Assembly: GCA_030390025.1 (NCBI GenBank)
Contig: CM059431.1
Location: 132,744,001 to 132,808,000, forward strand
Direction of reading: 5' to 3'
Source of the DNA: Squalus acanthias
Taxonomy: Eukaryota
DNA: 64,000 nucleotides
Shown: in pieces, positions 12,523-25,044 of the stretch
Position numbering within the stretch: position 1 is the first letter of the stretch
How the letters are laid out: the number at the start of each line of letters is the position of its first letter
Notes under the pieces: model-generated
The model's input: only the letters and a program-made list of their open reading frames with translations
Databases searched by the model: none
What the model was told of the DNA's origin: nothing
Made by a program: the position numbers and the translations under genes

Positions 12523-13581
12523 AGAAGTTGAGTGCAGTGGTGACTTTCACAGCCACTGGTAAGGCGTGTCCACCCGCTCCTCTGGGCTGCAGCTCCTGAT
12601 CGAGCATTGTGCAAATGGCTGCGACTACCTGTCGCGAAAGTCTCAGCCTCCTTTGGCACTGCTGCTCAGTCATGTTGAGGAAGCTCATCCTCTGCCTGTA
12701 AACCCTGTGTTGTGGGTATCTCCTGCAGCGCGGTGCAGCCCTGCCCTGATGGCCTCTGCCCTGCACAGCATCAGTTGGTTGAGGAGAAGGTTGACGCTCT
12801 TGTTGTTGGTGCTGCTGGTGTACCTGGTTCTGCTGCTGCAGCTGATCGTGGTCAGATTCTGAGGACCAGGGTGAGAGAGTATAAATCGTTCCCATTCTGC
12901 TGTTATATATGGCAGGTGAGGATGAGATGTTAGAAGCAATCATACAATGGGGAGAGAGGTTATTCCAAGGAGGTGACAGTGGATATAGAGTTTACAGCAC
13001 ACACTTACAGCCTCAATAAAGATCAAATGTGTCTTCCAAATCCTGAAATCAGCAACTTCTGACATTTGAAAGTGAACAGATGTGAAAGGTTAGCTTTTAT
13101 ACTGCAGTTGCAGCTGTGAACTATTCAGCTCGATGGAACCCCCGACATACTTATCTGATGTGATCTCTGAACGACGTGAACTCCGTTAAAAATGTGGTAA
13201 AATAGAAATAGGCACTTAACAAGCATTTAACTATCTTAAATACCTCCCCCGCCCCTTGGTGTCGGGTCTGTTCTGAAATCGCAGACCCGACACTTTGGAA
13301 ACTTACGTGGAGGCGGTTTCGGTGCGGGCTCCCAACCTGCTGTCAATCATTTCGATTTTGACAGCGGACCCGCCTCCGAGCCCGCCCTCTGAGCGCCTGG
13401 CAAAATCGCGGCCATGGTGTGCAGTAAGGGTTATTCTTATAAACCATTTTAGCAGGACAGCCTCGAGTGACCACTTCCCTGCACCTCCCCAAAAACAAAT
13501 GCACTTTATAGATTTTAGGCAAGTAACATAGATCCTTTAATGTTATTGAGTGATCACAAGGCCTAACCATTGGAGGAAGTA

Positions 13582-13901
13582 CAGGTTGAGCGTCCCGAAT
13601 CCGGCAACCTCAGGACTGAGGCCGAGCCGGTTTTCGGGTTTTTCCGGACTTCGGAACGTGTTTCTGATGTCCGAAGTCCGGAAATGTCCGAGCCCAGGTT
13701 GCGATATTTCTGGACTTCGGACATCAGAAACATGTGCCGAGTCCGGAAATGCCTGGGCCCAGGTTGCGCTATTTCCGGTTTTTGGTAAGCCTCCCTTAGG
13801 GTGTCCGGATTCCGGAACATTTTACAGATTCCAGACCCCTGCCACCAATCGTCCCGGACTCTGGAACATTCCAGAACTCCGGATTTGGGACGCTCAACCT
13901 G
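13582..13901. mobile_element. Tc1/mariner (Tigger/pogo-type) MITE
   Basis: 23-bp TIRs CAGGTTGAGCGTCCCGAATCCGG / CCGGATTTGGGACGCTCAACCTG, TA TSD, and internal inverted repeats. Confidence 0.9.
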
Positions 13902-14431
13902 TAGTCAGGATGTTTCTCTCGGATGTTTTGAAACTGAAATCATACTAAGTGTAGGCAGCCAAAGTTACAGTAGTCATCTAGCCCAGGTTGGTGAGTGTAG
14001 CTCAATTGTATTTCTCTTCTCCATGTCCAATTTTCACCTCTTCTCCAGAAGACAGTAACTCTTCATGGGATATGATACAAATGGGAAATGCCAGCCCTCT
14101 AGTACCTTGTCCAATTGGGTATTCTTCAATTGTGAGCCTAGGCAGGTGCAATACTTGACCATTTTGTGGTGAGCGAGTATTACAATCTGGCCAATGTTGC
14201 CCTCAGCCAATGTCCATACAGCAAATAATGTTCTTCAGCCAAGGTAATTGGATAGTGTTCAAGAGCAGAAGCCTTGACTAATATTCCCCTTCCTTTCCAT
14301 CCCCGCTCCTCCCCTCTCCCAACTCCACACGCCTCCAGATTTAAGGATACTGAGATATTTGTGCATCAAAAACCATAGTGACCTTTATGGCCTGTTGTCT
14401 CAGTAGCACATCATGTGATCCATTTACCTAT

Positions 14432-17400
14432 TAGAATCATAGAATGGTTACAGCACAGTAGGAGGCCATTCGGCCCATCGAGCCCATGCCAGCTCTCTGC
14501 ATGAGCACTTTAGCTAGTCCCACTCCCCCGCCTTTTCCCCATAGCTCTGCAATTTTTTTTCATTCAGGTACTTATCCAATTCCCTTTTGAAAACCACGAT
14601 TGAGTCTGCCTCCACCACCCTTTCAGGCAGTTCATTCCAGATCCTAACCGCTCGCTGCGTAAAAAAGTTTTCCCTCATGTCACCTTTGGTTCTTTTGCCA
14701 ATCACCTTAAATCTGTGTCCCTGGTTCTCGACCCTTCTGCCAATGGGAGCAGTTTCTCTCTATCTACTCTGTTTAGACCCATCATGATTTTGAACACCTC
14801 CATCAAATCTCCTCTCAACCATCTCTGCTCCAAGGAGAACAACCCCAGCTTCTCCAGTGTATCCACGTAACTGAAGTCCCTCATCCCTGGAACCATTCTC
14901 ATAAATCTTTTCTGCACCCTCTCTAAGGCCTTCACATCCTTCCTAAGGTGCGGTGCCCAGAATTGGACACAATACTCCAGGTGTGGCCGAACCAGTGTTT
15001 TATAAAGGTTTATCATAACTTCCTTGCTTTTGTACTCTATGCCTCTATTTATAAAGCCCAGGATCCCGTCTACTTTTTTAACCGCTTTCTCAACTTGCCC
15101 TGCCACTTTCAACGATTTCTGCACATATACCCCCAGGTCTCTCTGTTCATGCACCCCCCTTTAGGATTGTACCGTTTAGTTTATGTTGCCTCTCCTCGTT
15201 CTTCCTACCAAAATGTATCACTTCACACTTTTCTGTGTTAAATTTCATCTGTCATGTGTCCGCCTATTCCACCAGCCTGTCTATGTCCTCTTGAAGTCTA
15301 TCACTATCCTCCTCACTGTTCACTATACTTCCAAGTTTTGTGTCATCTGCAAATTTTGAAATTGTGTCCTGTACACCCATGTCCAAGTCATTAATATATA
15401 TCAAGACAAGCAGTGATGCTAGTACCGACCCCTGGGGAACACCACGGTATACCTTCCTCCAGTCCAAAAAACTGTTCACCACTACTCTCTGTTTCCTGTC
15501 ACTTAGCCAATTTTGTACCCATGCTGCCAATGTCCCTTTTATTCCTTGGGCTTGAACTTTGCTGGTAAGCCTATTATGTGGCACTTTATCAAACGCCTTT
15601 TGGAAGTCTATGTACACCACGTCAACTGCATTGCCCTCATCAACTCTCTTTGTTACCTCATCAAAAAACTCAGTCAAGTTAGTTAAACACTATTTGCCTT
15701 TAACAAGTCCGTGCTGGCTTTTCTTAATTAATCCACACTTGTCCAAGTGATTATTAATTTTGGCCCTGATTATCGTTTCTAAAAGCTTCCTCACTACCGA
15801 AGTTAAACTGACTGGCCTGTAGTTGCTGGGCTTATCCTTGCACCTTTTTTGAACAAATGTGTAACATTTGCAGTTCTCCAGTCCTCAGGCACCACTCCTG
15901 TATCTAAGGAGAATTGGAAGATTGTGGCCAGTACCTCCATGATTTCCACCTTAACTTCCCTCAGCATCCTAGGATGCATCCCATCCGGTCCTGGTGACTT
16001 ATCTACTTTAACTACAGCCAGCCTTTCTAGTACCACCTCTTTATCAATTTGTATCCCATCCAGTTTCTCCACTACCTCCTCTTTCACTATGACTTTGACA
16101 CCATCTTCTTCCTTGGTGAAGTACTCATTTAGTACCCCAGCCATGCCCTCTGCCTCCATGCATATTTCTCTTTTGGTCCCTAATCAGCCCCACCCCTCCT
16201 CTTACTACCCGTTTACTATTTATATGCCCATAGAAGACTTTTGAATTCCCTTTTATGTTAGCTGCCCATCTGTTCTCATACTCTTTCTTTGCCCCTCTTA
16301 TTTTCTTTTCCCCTTCTCCTCTGAACTTTCTATATTCAGCCTGATTCTCACTTGTATTCTCCACCTGACATCTGTCATACACGCTCTTTTTCTGTGTCAT
16401 CTTACTATCTATCTCTTTCGTCATCCAGGGAGCTCTGACTTTGGTTGCCCTACCTTTCCCCTCATGGGAATGTACCTCGACTGTACCCGAACCATCTCCT
16501 CTTTAAAGGCAGCCCATTGTTCGGTTACAGTTTTGCCTACCAATCTTTGTTCCAATTTACCCGGGCCAGATCCGTTCTCAACCCACTGAAATTGGCCTTC
16601 CTCCAATTAAGTATTTTTACTCTAGATTGCTCCCTGTCCTTTTCCATAGCTAATCTAAACATTATGATACTATGATCACTGTTCCCTAAATGTTCCCCTA
16701 CTGACACTTGCTCCACTTGCCCCACCTCATTCCCCAGAACCAGATCCAGCAATGCCTCCTTCCTCGTTGGACCAGAAACGTACTGATCAAGAAAGTTCTG
16801 CTGAACACACTTCAGAAATTCTTCCCCCTCTCTGCCCTACACCATTACTAGCCCAGTCTATATTAGGATAGTTGAAGTCCCCCATTATCACTACTCCATA
16901 GTTCTTGCACCTCTCTGTAATTTCCCTGCAAATTTGCTCCTCTATATCCTTCCCACTAGTTGGCGACCTATTGGTGTAATGGCACCTCTATTATTTCTTA
17001 ACTCTAGCCATATATATTCTGTCCTTGACTTCTCCAGGACATCCTCTCTCTCCAGCACTGTAACATTCTCCTTAACCAATACTGCCACCCCACCTCCTTT
17101 CTTTCCTTCTCTTCCCTATCTTTCCTGAACACCTTATATCCAGGAATATTTAATACGCAATCCTGCCCTTTTTTGAGCCAGGTCTCCGTTATCGCCACGA
17201 CATCATATTCTCACGTGGCTATTTGTGCCTGCAGCTCACCAACCTGCTTTACCAGGCTTCGTGCGTTTACACACATGCACTGAAAACCTCTCTTAGACCT
17301 TCTTGTATTCTCTCTTAGTCTGACCCCACTTAATGCCTTGCTATTTCTTACTCTAGTGCTATCTGTCTCGCCCCCTCCTTTGTGCACTGTGTTTCTCCCT

Positions 17401-18205
17401 TCTAATCCTGGTTCCCACCCCCCTGCCAAATTAGTTTAAACCCTCCCCAACAGCACTAGCAAACCCCCCCCACCACCCCCCGGCGAGGATATCCGTCCCA
17501 GCTCTGTTGAGGTGCAACCTGTCTGACCTGTACAGGTCCCACCTCTCCAGAACCAGTCCCAATGTCCCAGGAATCTAAAGCCCTCCCTCATGCACCAGAT
17601 CTCCAGCCATGCATTCATCTGTTCTATCCTCCTATTTCTATACTCACTAGCTTGTGGCACCAGGAGTCATCCGGAGATTACTACATTTGAGGTCCTGCTT
17701 TTTAATCTCTTTCCTAGCTCCCTAAAATCTGCCTGCAGGACCTCATCCCTCTTTCTACCTCTGCCGATATGGACCACGACCTCTGGCTGTTCACCCTCCT
17801 CCCTCAGAATGTTCTGCAGCCGCTCAGTGACATCCTTGACCCTGGCACCAGGGAGGCAACATACCATCCTGGAATCACGTCTGCGGCCGTAGAAACGTCT
17901 ATCTGTTCCCCTATCGAATCCCCTACTACTATTGCTTTCCCGATCTTCCTCCTCCCCCCCCCCCCCCCCCCCTGCCCCGTACAGCTGAGCCACCCGTGGT
18001 GCCATGGACTTGGCTCTGGCTGTACTCCCCAGAGGAACCATCGCCCTCACCTACCGGTTAGAGAGTGAGATGCACTCAGGGGACTCCTGCACTACCTGCC
18101 TGGTCCTCCTTGTCAGTCTGACGGTCACCCATTCCCTCTCTGCCTGCACACTCTTACTCTGCGAGGTGACCACATCCTGAAACATGCTATCCGCGTAGCT
18201 CTCAG
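14432..18205 (-). mobile_element. Near-full-length degenerate CR1 LINE (ORF1 esterase plus ORF2 endonuclease and RT)
   Basis: ORF1 SGNH-like segment MVCCLPGARVKDV...VVVHIG at ~17440-17950. Endonuclease segments (AITETWL, LDLVL). RT segments (DFQKAFDKV, PQGSVL, FADDTK). Multiple frameshifts. CR1 tail at 14432. Confidence 0.93.
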
Positions 18206-19320
18206 CTGGTGGTGAGCCGCCCTCTTGAACCGCTGCAGTCCGTGTGGTGAAGGTACTCCCACAGTGCTGTTAGGGAGTTCCAGGATTTTGACCCAGCGAC
18301 GATGAAGGAATGGCGATATACTTCCAAGTCAGGATGGTCATTGCCTGGCACTTGTGTGACGCGAATGTTACCTGCCACTTTTCAGCCCAAGCCTGAATGT
18401 CGTCCAGGTCTTGTTGCATGCAGGCATGGACTGCTTCATTATCTGAGGAGTTGCGAATGGCACTGAACGCTGTGCAGTCATCAGCGAACATCCCCACTTC
18501 TGACCTTATTATGGAGGGAAGGTCATTGATGAAGCAGCTGAAGATGGTTGGGCCTGGGACACTGCCCTGAGGAACTCCTGCAGCGATGTCCTGGGGCTGT
18601 GATGATTGACCTCCAACCACTACAACCATCTTCCTTTGTGCTAGGTATGACTCTAGCCAGTGGAGAGTTCCCCCTCCCCCCCCCCCCCGATTCCCATTGA
18701 CTTCAGTTTTACTAGGGCTCCTTGATGCCATACTCAGTCAAATGTTGCCTTGATGTCAAGGGCAGTCACTCTCACCTCACCTCTGGAATTCAGCTCTTTT
18801 GTCCATGTTTGGACCACAGCTGTAATAAGCTCTGGAGCCGAGTGGTCTTGGCGGAACCCAAACTGGGCATCATTGAACAGGTTATTGGTGAGTAAGGTGC
18901 TGCTTGATTGCACTGTTGACGACACCTTCCATCACTTTGCTGATGATTGAGAGTAGACTGATGAGGCGGTAATTGGCCGGATTGGATTTGTCCTGCTTTT
19001 TGTGGACAGGACATACCTGGGCAATTTTCCATATTGTCGGATAGATGCCAGTGTTATAGCTGTACTGGAACAGCTTGGCTAGAGGCGCGGCTAGTTCTGG
19101 AGCACAAGTCTTCAGCACGACAGCCGGGATGTTGTCGGGGCCCACAGCCTTTGCTGTATCCAGTGTGCTCAGCCGTTTCTTGATATCACATGGAGTGAAT
19201 CGAATTAGCTGAAGACTGGCTACTGTGGTGGTGGGGACCTCAGGAGGAGGCCGATATGGATCATCCACTCGGCACTTCTGGCTGAAGATAGTTGCAAATG
19301 CTTCAGCTTTGTCTTTTGCA
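18206..19320 (-). mobile_element. Truncated non-LTR LINE of a second family (RTE-X-like; clade tentative), RT region
   Basis: YNTGIYPTIWKIAQVCPVHKK, QFGFRQDHS, PQGSVPGP and FADDC. Same family as the element at 58835-64000. Confidence 0.85.
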
Positions 19321-19348
19321 GCTTTTACTGGCTGTCCATGAGATTCCC

Positions 19349-19554
19349 TGATGCGGAGATGCCGGTGTTGGACTGGGGTGGACAAAAATGAGAAGTCGCA
19401 CAACACCAGGTTATAGTCCAACAGTTTTATTTGAAATCACGAGCTTTCGGAGCGCTGCTCCTTCGTCCTCCTGACCTGACGAAGGAGCAGCGCTCCGAAA
19501 GCTCGTGATTTCAAATAAAACTGTTGGACTATAACCTGGTGTTGTGCGACTTCT
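19349..19554. mobile_element. Short Penelope-type inverted-repeat insert (hairpin element, copy 1)
   Basis: 12-bp TSD CATGAGATTCCC at 19337-19348 and 19555-19566. Perfect 80-bp arms at 19388-19467 and 19478-19557; the last 3 nt of the right arm overlap the TSD. Confidence 0.85.
19472..19508 (+). ncRNA. Minimal type I hammerhead ribozyme motif
   Basis: TGAC-CTGACGA-A-GGAGC-AGC-GCTCC-GAAA-GCTC-GTGA. Core boxes and stem II are intact, stem III is palindromic, and stem I is weakened. Confidence 0.6.
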
Positions 19555-19931
19555 CATGAGATTCCCGGTCTTGCTGATCCTCACCAATGAAAGCAAATTG
19601 AGAGCAGAACGGCCATTGTGGGAGTTGAACAATTGACAGTTAAAAAAAATCACATAAATACTCACGCCTTAAACCTGCTTCCTTGCCTAAGGGAAAGGCT
19701 CTTGTTGGCAGCATTTGTGCTGAGAATTTGCTTTCAGGAGTTTGCAGGTGATTTCTACAACTTCGAAAGTCACACGCACTACATTGGAAGTCATTCTCCT
19801 TGGATGTCACTCTCAGTACATTGGAGGATTGTGCCTCTGATCTCCACTTTACCCCTGGCATCTATCAGATCAGCATGGGTGCTGCGTTTACTGTTTCACC
19901 TTGGACCTCCGATTCGGACCAAGATGAGCCC

Positions 19932-20051
19932 CAGCAGCAACAACACCAGCAGAAGCAGCAGCAGCAACACCAGCAGAAGCAGCACCAACAACACCAGCAG
20001 AAGCAGCACCAACAACACCAGCAGAAGCAGCAGCAACAACACCAGCAGAAG
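19932..20051 (+). repeat. 5 x 24-bp minisatellite encoding (QQQQHQQK)-like repeats
   Basis: Unit CAGCAGCAACAACACCAGCAGAAG with minor variants. Confidence 0.95.
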
Positions 20052-20278
20052 CAGCAGCAGCTTTCTCCTCACCGACCTGCCGCTCCACAGGAGAGAGGGG
20101 ATGAGCAGAGAGGTGTACTCACCTTTCCAGTCCTCATGAGGTCGTTAAAAACGTTTCCTACACTGGATCCATGTCCTTTGAACAACACTCCTGCTGCTCA
20201 CTTCTTCTGCTCTCTCCAGCCATGCAGTTTTGATCAGTGTCGCTGGCCTCTTCCTCCCATCAGCAGAGTAGAGGATGT

Positions 20279-21265
20279 ACTGCTGTTCACAATTTACATT
20301 AACGATTTAGACTTTGGAATCAAAAACACAATTTCTAAATTTGTGGATGATACCAAATTGGGGGGGGATAGTCAATACTGAGGAGGACTGCAACAAGTTA
20401 CAGGAGGACATTAATAAACTTGCAGAATGTGCAAATAATTGGCAAATGAAGTTGAACACAGATAAATGTGAGGTATTACATTTTGGTAGGAAGAATAGGG
20501 AGGTCACTTATCACTTGGAGGGTGCAAGTCTAGGTAGGGTAGAGGAACAAAAGGATCTCGGAGTACAAATACACAAATCACTAAAAGTTGCGCCGCAGGT
20601 TAGCAAGGCCATAAAAAAAGCAAACCAAGCACTAAGGTTTATTTCTAGAGGGATAGAATTGAAAAGTAGGGAAGTTATGCTAAACTTGTATTGAACCTTG
20701 GTTTGACCACACTTGGAGTACTGCGTACAATTCTGGTCGCCATATTATAAAAAGGATATAGAAGCACTGGAGAGGGTGCAGAGAAGATTTACAAGGATGA
20801 TACCAGAAATGTGAGGGTATACCTATCAGGAAAGGATGAACAGGCTGGGTCTCTTTTCTTTTGAAAAGAGAAGGCTGAGGGGTGACCTAATAGAGGTCTT
20901 TAAAATTATGAAAGGTTTTGATAGCGTGGATACAGAGAGAATATTTCCACTTGCGGGGAAGGGCATAATTAGAGGCCATCAATATAAGATAGTCACCAAG
21001 AAATCCAAAAGGGAATTCAGAAGAAACTTCTTTACCCAAAGAGTGGTGAGAATGTGGAACTCGCTACCACAGGGAGTGGTTGAAGCGAATAGTATAGATG
21101 CATTTAAGGGGAGGCTGGACAAGCATATGAGGGAGAAGGGAATAGAGGGTTATGCTGATAGATTTAGATGAGGAAAGACGGGAGGAGGCTCGAGTGGAGC
21201 ATAAACGCCGGCATGGACTGGTTGGGCCGAATGGCCTGTTTCTGTGCCGTATATCCTATGTAATC
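20279..21265 (+). mobile_element. 5'-truncated CR1 LINE
   Basis: LFTIYINDLD...FVDDTK...RNFFTQRVV, followed by a CR1-type 3' end. Confidence 0.9.
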
Positions 21266-22100
21266 CTTTGTCCCTGCGGGCCCGCACTCCAAGGAGGCAT
21301 CACGAAACCTAGAGGCTGCTTTCTGCCATTGACTCTGCATAATTCGGGATATTCTCAAAGTGTTCTACTTCCAACAATTCCCCTCTGTAACAATCAGGCT
21401 TCCACCTCCACCAGCCTTCAAGTGACATCTGTGCATTGCTCCTTTAAATAGCTGAGCTGAAGTCGAGTCATTCGTGACGTCATCGGACCCGCTCCAGTTA
21501 ATTGGTCGGGAAACCCGGAAGTCTGATTCAGTTGCAGTGGCTTCATTAAAAAGCCACTGCAAAACGTATCTCTCCAACTTCCGGGTTCCCGTCGCGATCC
21601 ATGGCCCACCCACACCCATCGCGACTCCAAGGTAAAAATTCAGCCCTGTATGTGTGAATGATAAAGTGAGGAAAAAAATGATTATACTAATTACACACCT
21701 GTCGTAATTTTGTTTTGTGTTCTATAAACTTCAGAAAGTTCAGAGAGAGACAAACATCCTGATTTTATTTCATTTTTCAAGAGAGTTGCATTATCTTACT
21801 TATGTTTTGTTGACAGTTGGAAAATGTTAATATTGCTGACACCTGTGAGACAGACACAGAGAGAGGCAGACAGAATGTCTTTCCTTGTCTTAATTAGATT
21901 TCATTTTTTAAAGCAAATTTTTGTATTTTGAAAGCAAAAAAATTTCTGTGGGGCAACAGATTGAAAGGTAGGGTAAGAGGGAAAGAGGTTGAGGGTGAGG
22001 AAGCTTCTGCCTCCTTGCTATTCAATCATAGAAGGAGAAGCAAATGTAAATGAGGATGCAGTGGATAGCAGGTTTAGGGTAAGGTGAGTGAAAGAGAAAC

Positions 22101-23855
22101 GGGGGGGGTGTTTTCTGGGGGTCATCGGGCGGGATCACTGGTGGGTCGGGTGGCAGAGTGGTTTTTTTTGATAGCGGGTCAGGACCCCGTTGTCAACCCG
22201 CCGCCACGCACCTTTCCCAATGTCGAGTCTGTCAGTGCTGAGCAGATCCGACAGGCAGCGGCGGGCGGCCCAGTTAAGCTCATTATTGCCTTGTTCACAG
22301 ATCATTAACAGGCTTTTTTTAACTTACTTTTTCACTTTAACTTCATGGCCACTGGAACCACACTGTCCGGGGACCACGGCTGTCAACCTGAGGCGGGAGT
22401 TCAGTGGCCATTGCTCCAGCTGATTCCTTGACAGCTTCAAATGTACAGTTAAAGCTCCCACCTGACAGATCTTCACTTTCCTCAGCCACAAGCTGTTTCT
22501 CAGTCCATTTTCAGTACAGATTCTGCAGGCTTTCCACTTTCCACTCTCCATCCAGTATCACCTCTTTGGAAGAACTCTCTCACCATTGACAGAATGCTTC
22601 TGTCATCTGTACTTCACCTGCCATCTATTCCATCAACATGGGTGCCCTTTATATTGTCTCACCTTGGTCCTCAGAATCCGACCACGATCAGCCCCAGGCA
22701 CCAGCACCAACAACAACACCAACCTTCTCCGCAATCACCTGATGCTGCACAGGACAGAGGGCATTAGCACCCGACCACATTGCTGCCCGGGAAGCCAGGG
22801 GTGGCCTCACCATGGCCAGATTTACTTCACTTGACGCTGTACACCCTGGCTGCCACATGATGCGCCAGGTTGGCACCACCCAACACCAACATCATAAAGC
22901 ATCCCTACAATGTCTGAGCCATTCCTTTCACACTCACCACCATTGCGGGGGGTACCGTTATGTCTCACCATTCACTGCAGCTCACTAAGCCACTTCCAAA
23001 GGTGCACACAAATCTGTCCAAGAACGGAAAGTGTTGAAAATAAAGGTTTCAATGTTTGACAGCGCATTAACAGAAACTTTACATGATCATTGGATAAAAC
23101 ACTCAAGTGGCTATCCTTGTGTGTTGTTAGTTGGTATGATTGCACTAGGATGAGGGTGAGTGTGATGGGTGGCTAGTGAGATGGGGAAGTGATAATGCAG
23201 ATAGAGAGGGATGGGTGGACGTGCAAGGTAAGTTGGTGTGAGTAAGGATGTGCAGGAGTAGGGTAGGGAAGGCAGAGTGATGGGGATGTGATGAGTGGCA
23301 CAGTAGGATAAAGGTGAGTGTGGCTTTGTACTAATGTTTCGTGATCTAATGAGCTCATTGAAAGGTTTGCGGCACTGCACCCAGGTCCTCCTGACGACAT
23401 CCCTGCTTCTGCCCTCCTGTGCAATGTGCAACCAGGCTGTGTTGGTCTCCTGGGGAGGTGTCTTCCACCCATCGGAAGGGAAGAGGACCTCTCTACGTGC
23501 TGTGACTCCCTCCATAAACATATGGAGGGAGTCATGGGAGAACCTGGGTGCAGCCCTGCACCTCTGTGCAGTGCTTGTCAGTGTTTGCAGCAACTCAATG
23601 CTGCAGAACACTGACAGCACAAATGTCAAATTAAAGTTGGCCATGGTCCCTTTAAGGAAACTGGCTGATGACGTGTCATGAAATGACGTTACCAGACGGG
23701 CTTCCTCTAATTGGCTCGGGAAACGCGTTGGCGGGCTTAACAAGCCCTATCAATGGAAAGTCATTTCATAGAGCGCAATGGAGCCAGCAGTGGGGTCGGG
23801 ACCCGCCACTTACGTCGCCTGCCACGGATCCGCTGAGGTAAATAAAATCGCGGCC
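22101..23855 (+). mobile_element. Non-autonomous Harbinger derivative, uninterrupted copy of the 4034-8493 family
   Basis: Ends GGGGGGTGTTTTC / TAAAATCGCGGCC with flanks AAC/AAG. Myb exon remnant AAPRFSHDSL...TWVQCRKPFNEL on the - strand. Confidence 0.8.
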
Positions 23856-24052
23856 AAGGTGAGGGGAGGATACAGGGGTTCAGCGGGTAGTTGAAAGGGA
23901 AAGATGGGAGTGGTGGGGGTAGCAATGAGAATGATGGGGTAGGAGGACGTTCGATTGATGGGGTGGAAAGAGAGCCACTGAAGGCCACATTGTCCCTGCA
24001 CTCCACACCCACTGGAAAATGCAGCCTGCACTCATTGGTGGCTCCTATTCCT

Positions 24053-25044
24053 GTACTGGGTCCCTTGCTGTTTGTGGTATACATTAACGACTTGGATATG
24101 AATGTAAAAGGTATGATCAGTAAGTTCGCGGATGATACAAAAATTGGTAGGGTGGTAAATAGCGAGGAGGGTAGCCTCAGTCTGCAGGACGATATAGATG
24201 GGTTGGTCAGATGGGCGGAACAGTGGCAAATGGAATTTAATCCGGAAAAGTGCGAGGTGATGCACTTTGGAGGGACTAACAAGGCAAGGGAATACACAAT
24301 AAATGGTAAGACCCTAGGCAAGACGGAGGGTCAGAGGGATCTTGGTGTGCAAGTACACAGATCCCTGAAGGCGGCGGAACAGGTGGATAAGGTGGTAAAA
24401 AAGGCATATGGGATACTTGCATTCATTAGCCGAGGCATAGAATATAAGAGCAAGGAGGTTATGATGGAGCTGTATAAAACACTGGTTAGGCCACATCTGG
24501 AATACTGTGTGCAGTTCTGGTCGCCACACTACAGGAAGGATGTGATCGCTTTGGAGAGGGTGCAGAGGAGATTCACCAGAATGTTACCCGGGCTGGAGTG
24601 CTTCAGCTATGAAGAGAGACTGGGCAGATTGGGTTTGTTTTCCTTGAAGCAGAGGAGGCTGAGGGGGGACATGATTGAGGTGTACAAAATTATGAGGGGC
24701 ATAGATAGGATGGATACTAAGGAGCTTTTTCCCTTAGTAGAGGGGTCTATAACAAGGGGGCATAGATTCAAGGTAAAGGGCAGGAGGTTTAGAAGGGATT
24801 TGAGAAAGAACTTTTTCACCCAGAGGGTGGTTGGAGTCTGGAACTCACTGCCTGAAAGGGTTGTGGAGGTAGGAGCCCTCACAACATTCAAGAAGCATTT
24901 GGATGAGCACTTGAAATGCCATAGCATACAAGGCTACGGACCAAGTGCTGGAATATGGGATTAGATTAGACAGGGCTTGATGGCCGGCGCGGACACGATG
25001 GGCCGAAGGGCCTCTATCCGTGCTGTATAACTCTATGACTCTAT
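24053..25044 (+). mobile_element. Young 5'-truncated CR1 LINE with open RT C-terminus
   Basis: Uninterrupted frame VLGPLLFVVYINDLD...FADDTK...GIWD* to 24964, then a CTCTATGA-type tail. Confidence 0.93.

Larger units (their letters stand above)
9809..12895 (-). pseudogene. Harbinger (HARBI1-like) DDE transposase with two insertions and one +1 frameshift
   Basis: Motifs [47 protein letters not shown] and [19 protein letters not shown] at 12895, TAA at 9811-9809. Confidence 0.92.
8926..13413. mobile_element. Harbinger transposon with convergent Myb-gene remnant (+) and transposase (-), carrying two nested inserts
   Basis: TIRs GGGCTGGATTTTCCC / GGCAAAATCGCGGCC. TSD ATG at 8923-8925 and 13414-13416. 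Myb-gene 3' portion at ~9130-9522 followed by AATAAA. Confidence 0.9.
19321..21646 (+). mobile_element. Harbinger remnant (transposase N-terminus and one TIR), interrupted by the hairpin element and a CR1
   Basis: MGAAFTVSPWTSDSDQDEPQQQ resembles the transposase N-terminus at 12895. Terminal GGTAAAAATTCAGCCC ends at 21646. Confidence 0.7.

Noticed and set aside
9809..12943. Host HARBI1 gene
   Set aside because: Flanked by TIRs and a TSD, multi-copy within the window and disrupted. It is a transposon copy, not the domesticated gene.
19388..19557. Pre-miRNA or DNA-transposon MITE interpretation of the palindrome
   Set aside because: The inverted repeat does not reach the left end of the insert, the TSD is 12 bp and a hammerhead core is present. 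This fits a Penelope-type retro-insert better.
19932..20051. CRISPR-like array
   Set aside because: Head-to-tail tandem units with no spacers, in a vertebrate context.
23891..24052. Novel N-terminal extension on the 357-aa RT ORF
   Set aside because: Chance read-through from flanking purine-rich DNA into a 5'-truncated CR1.
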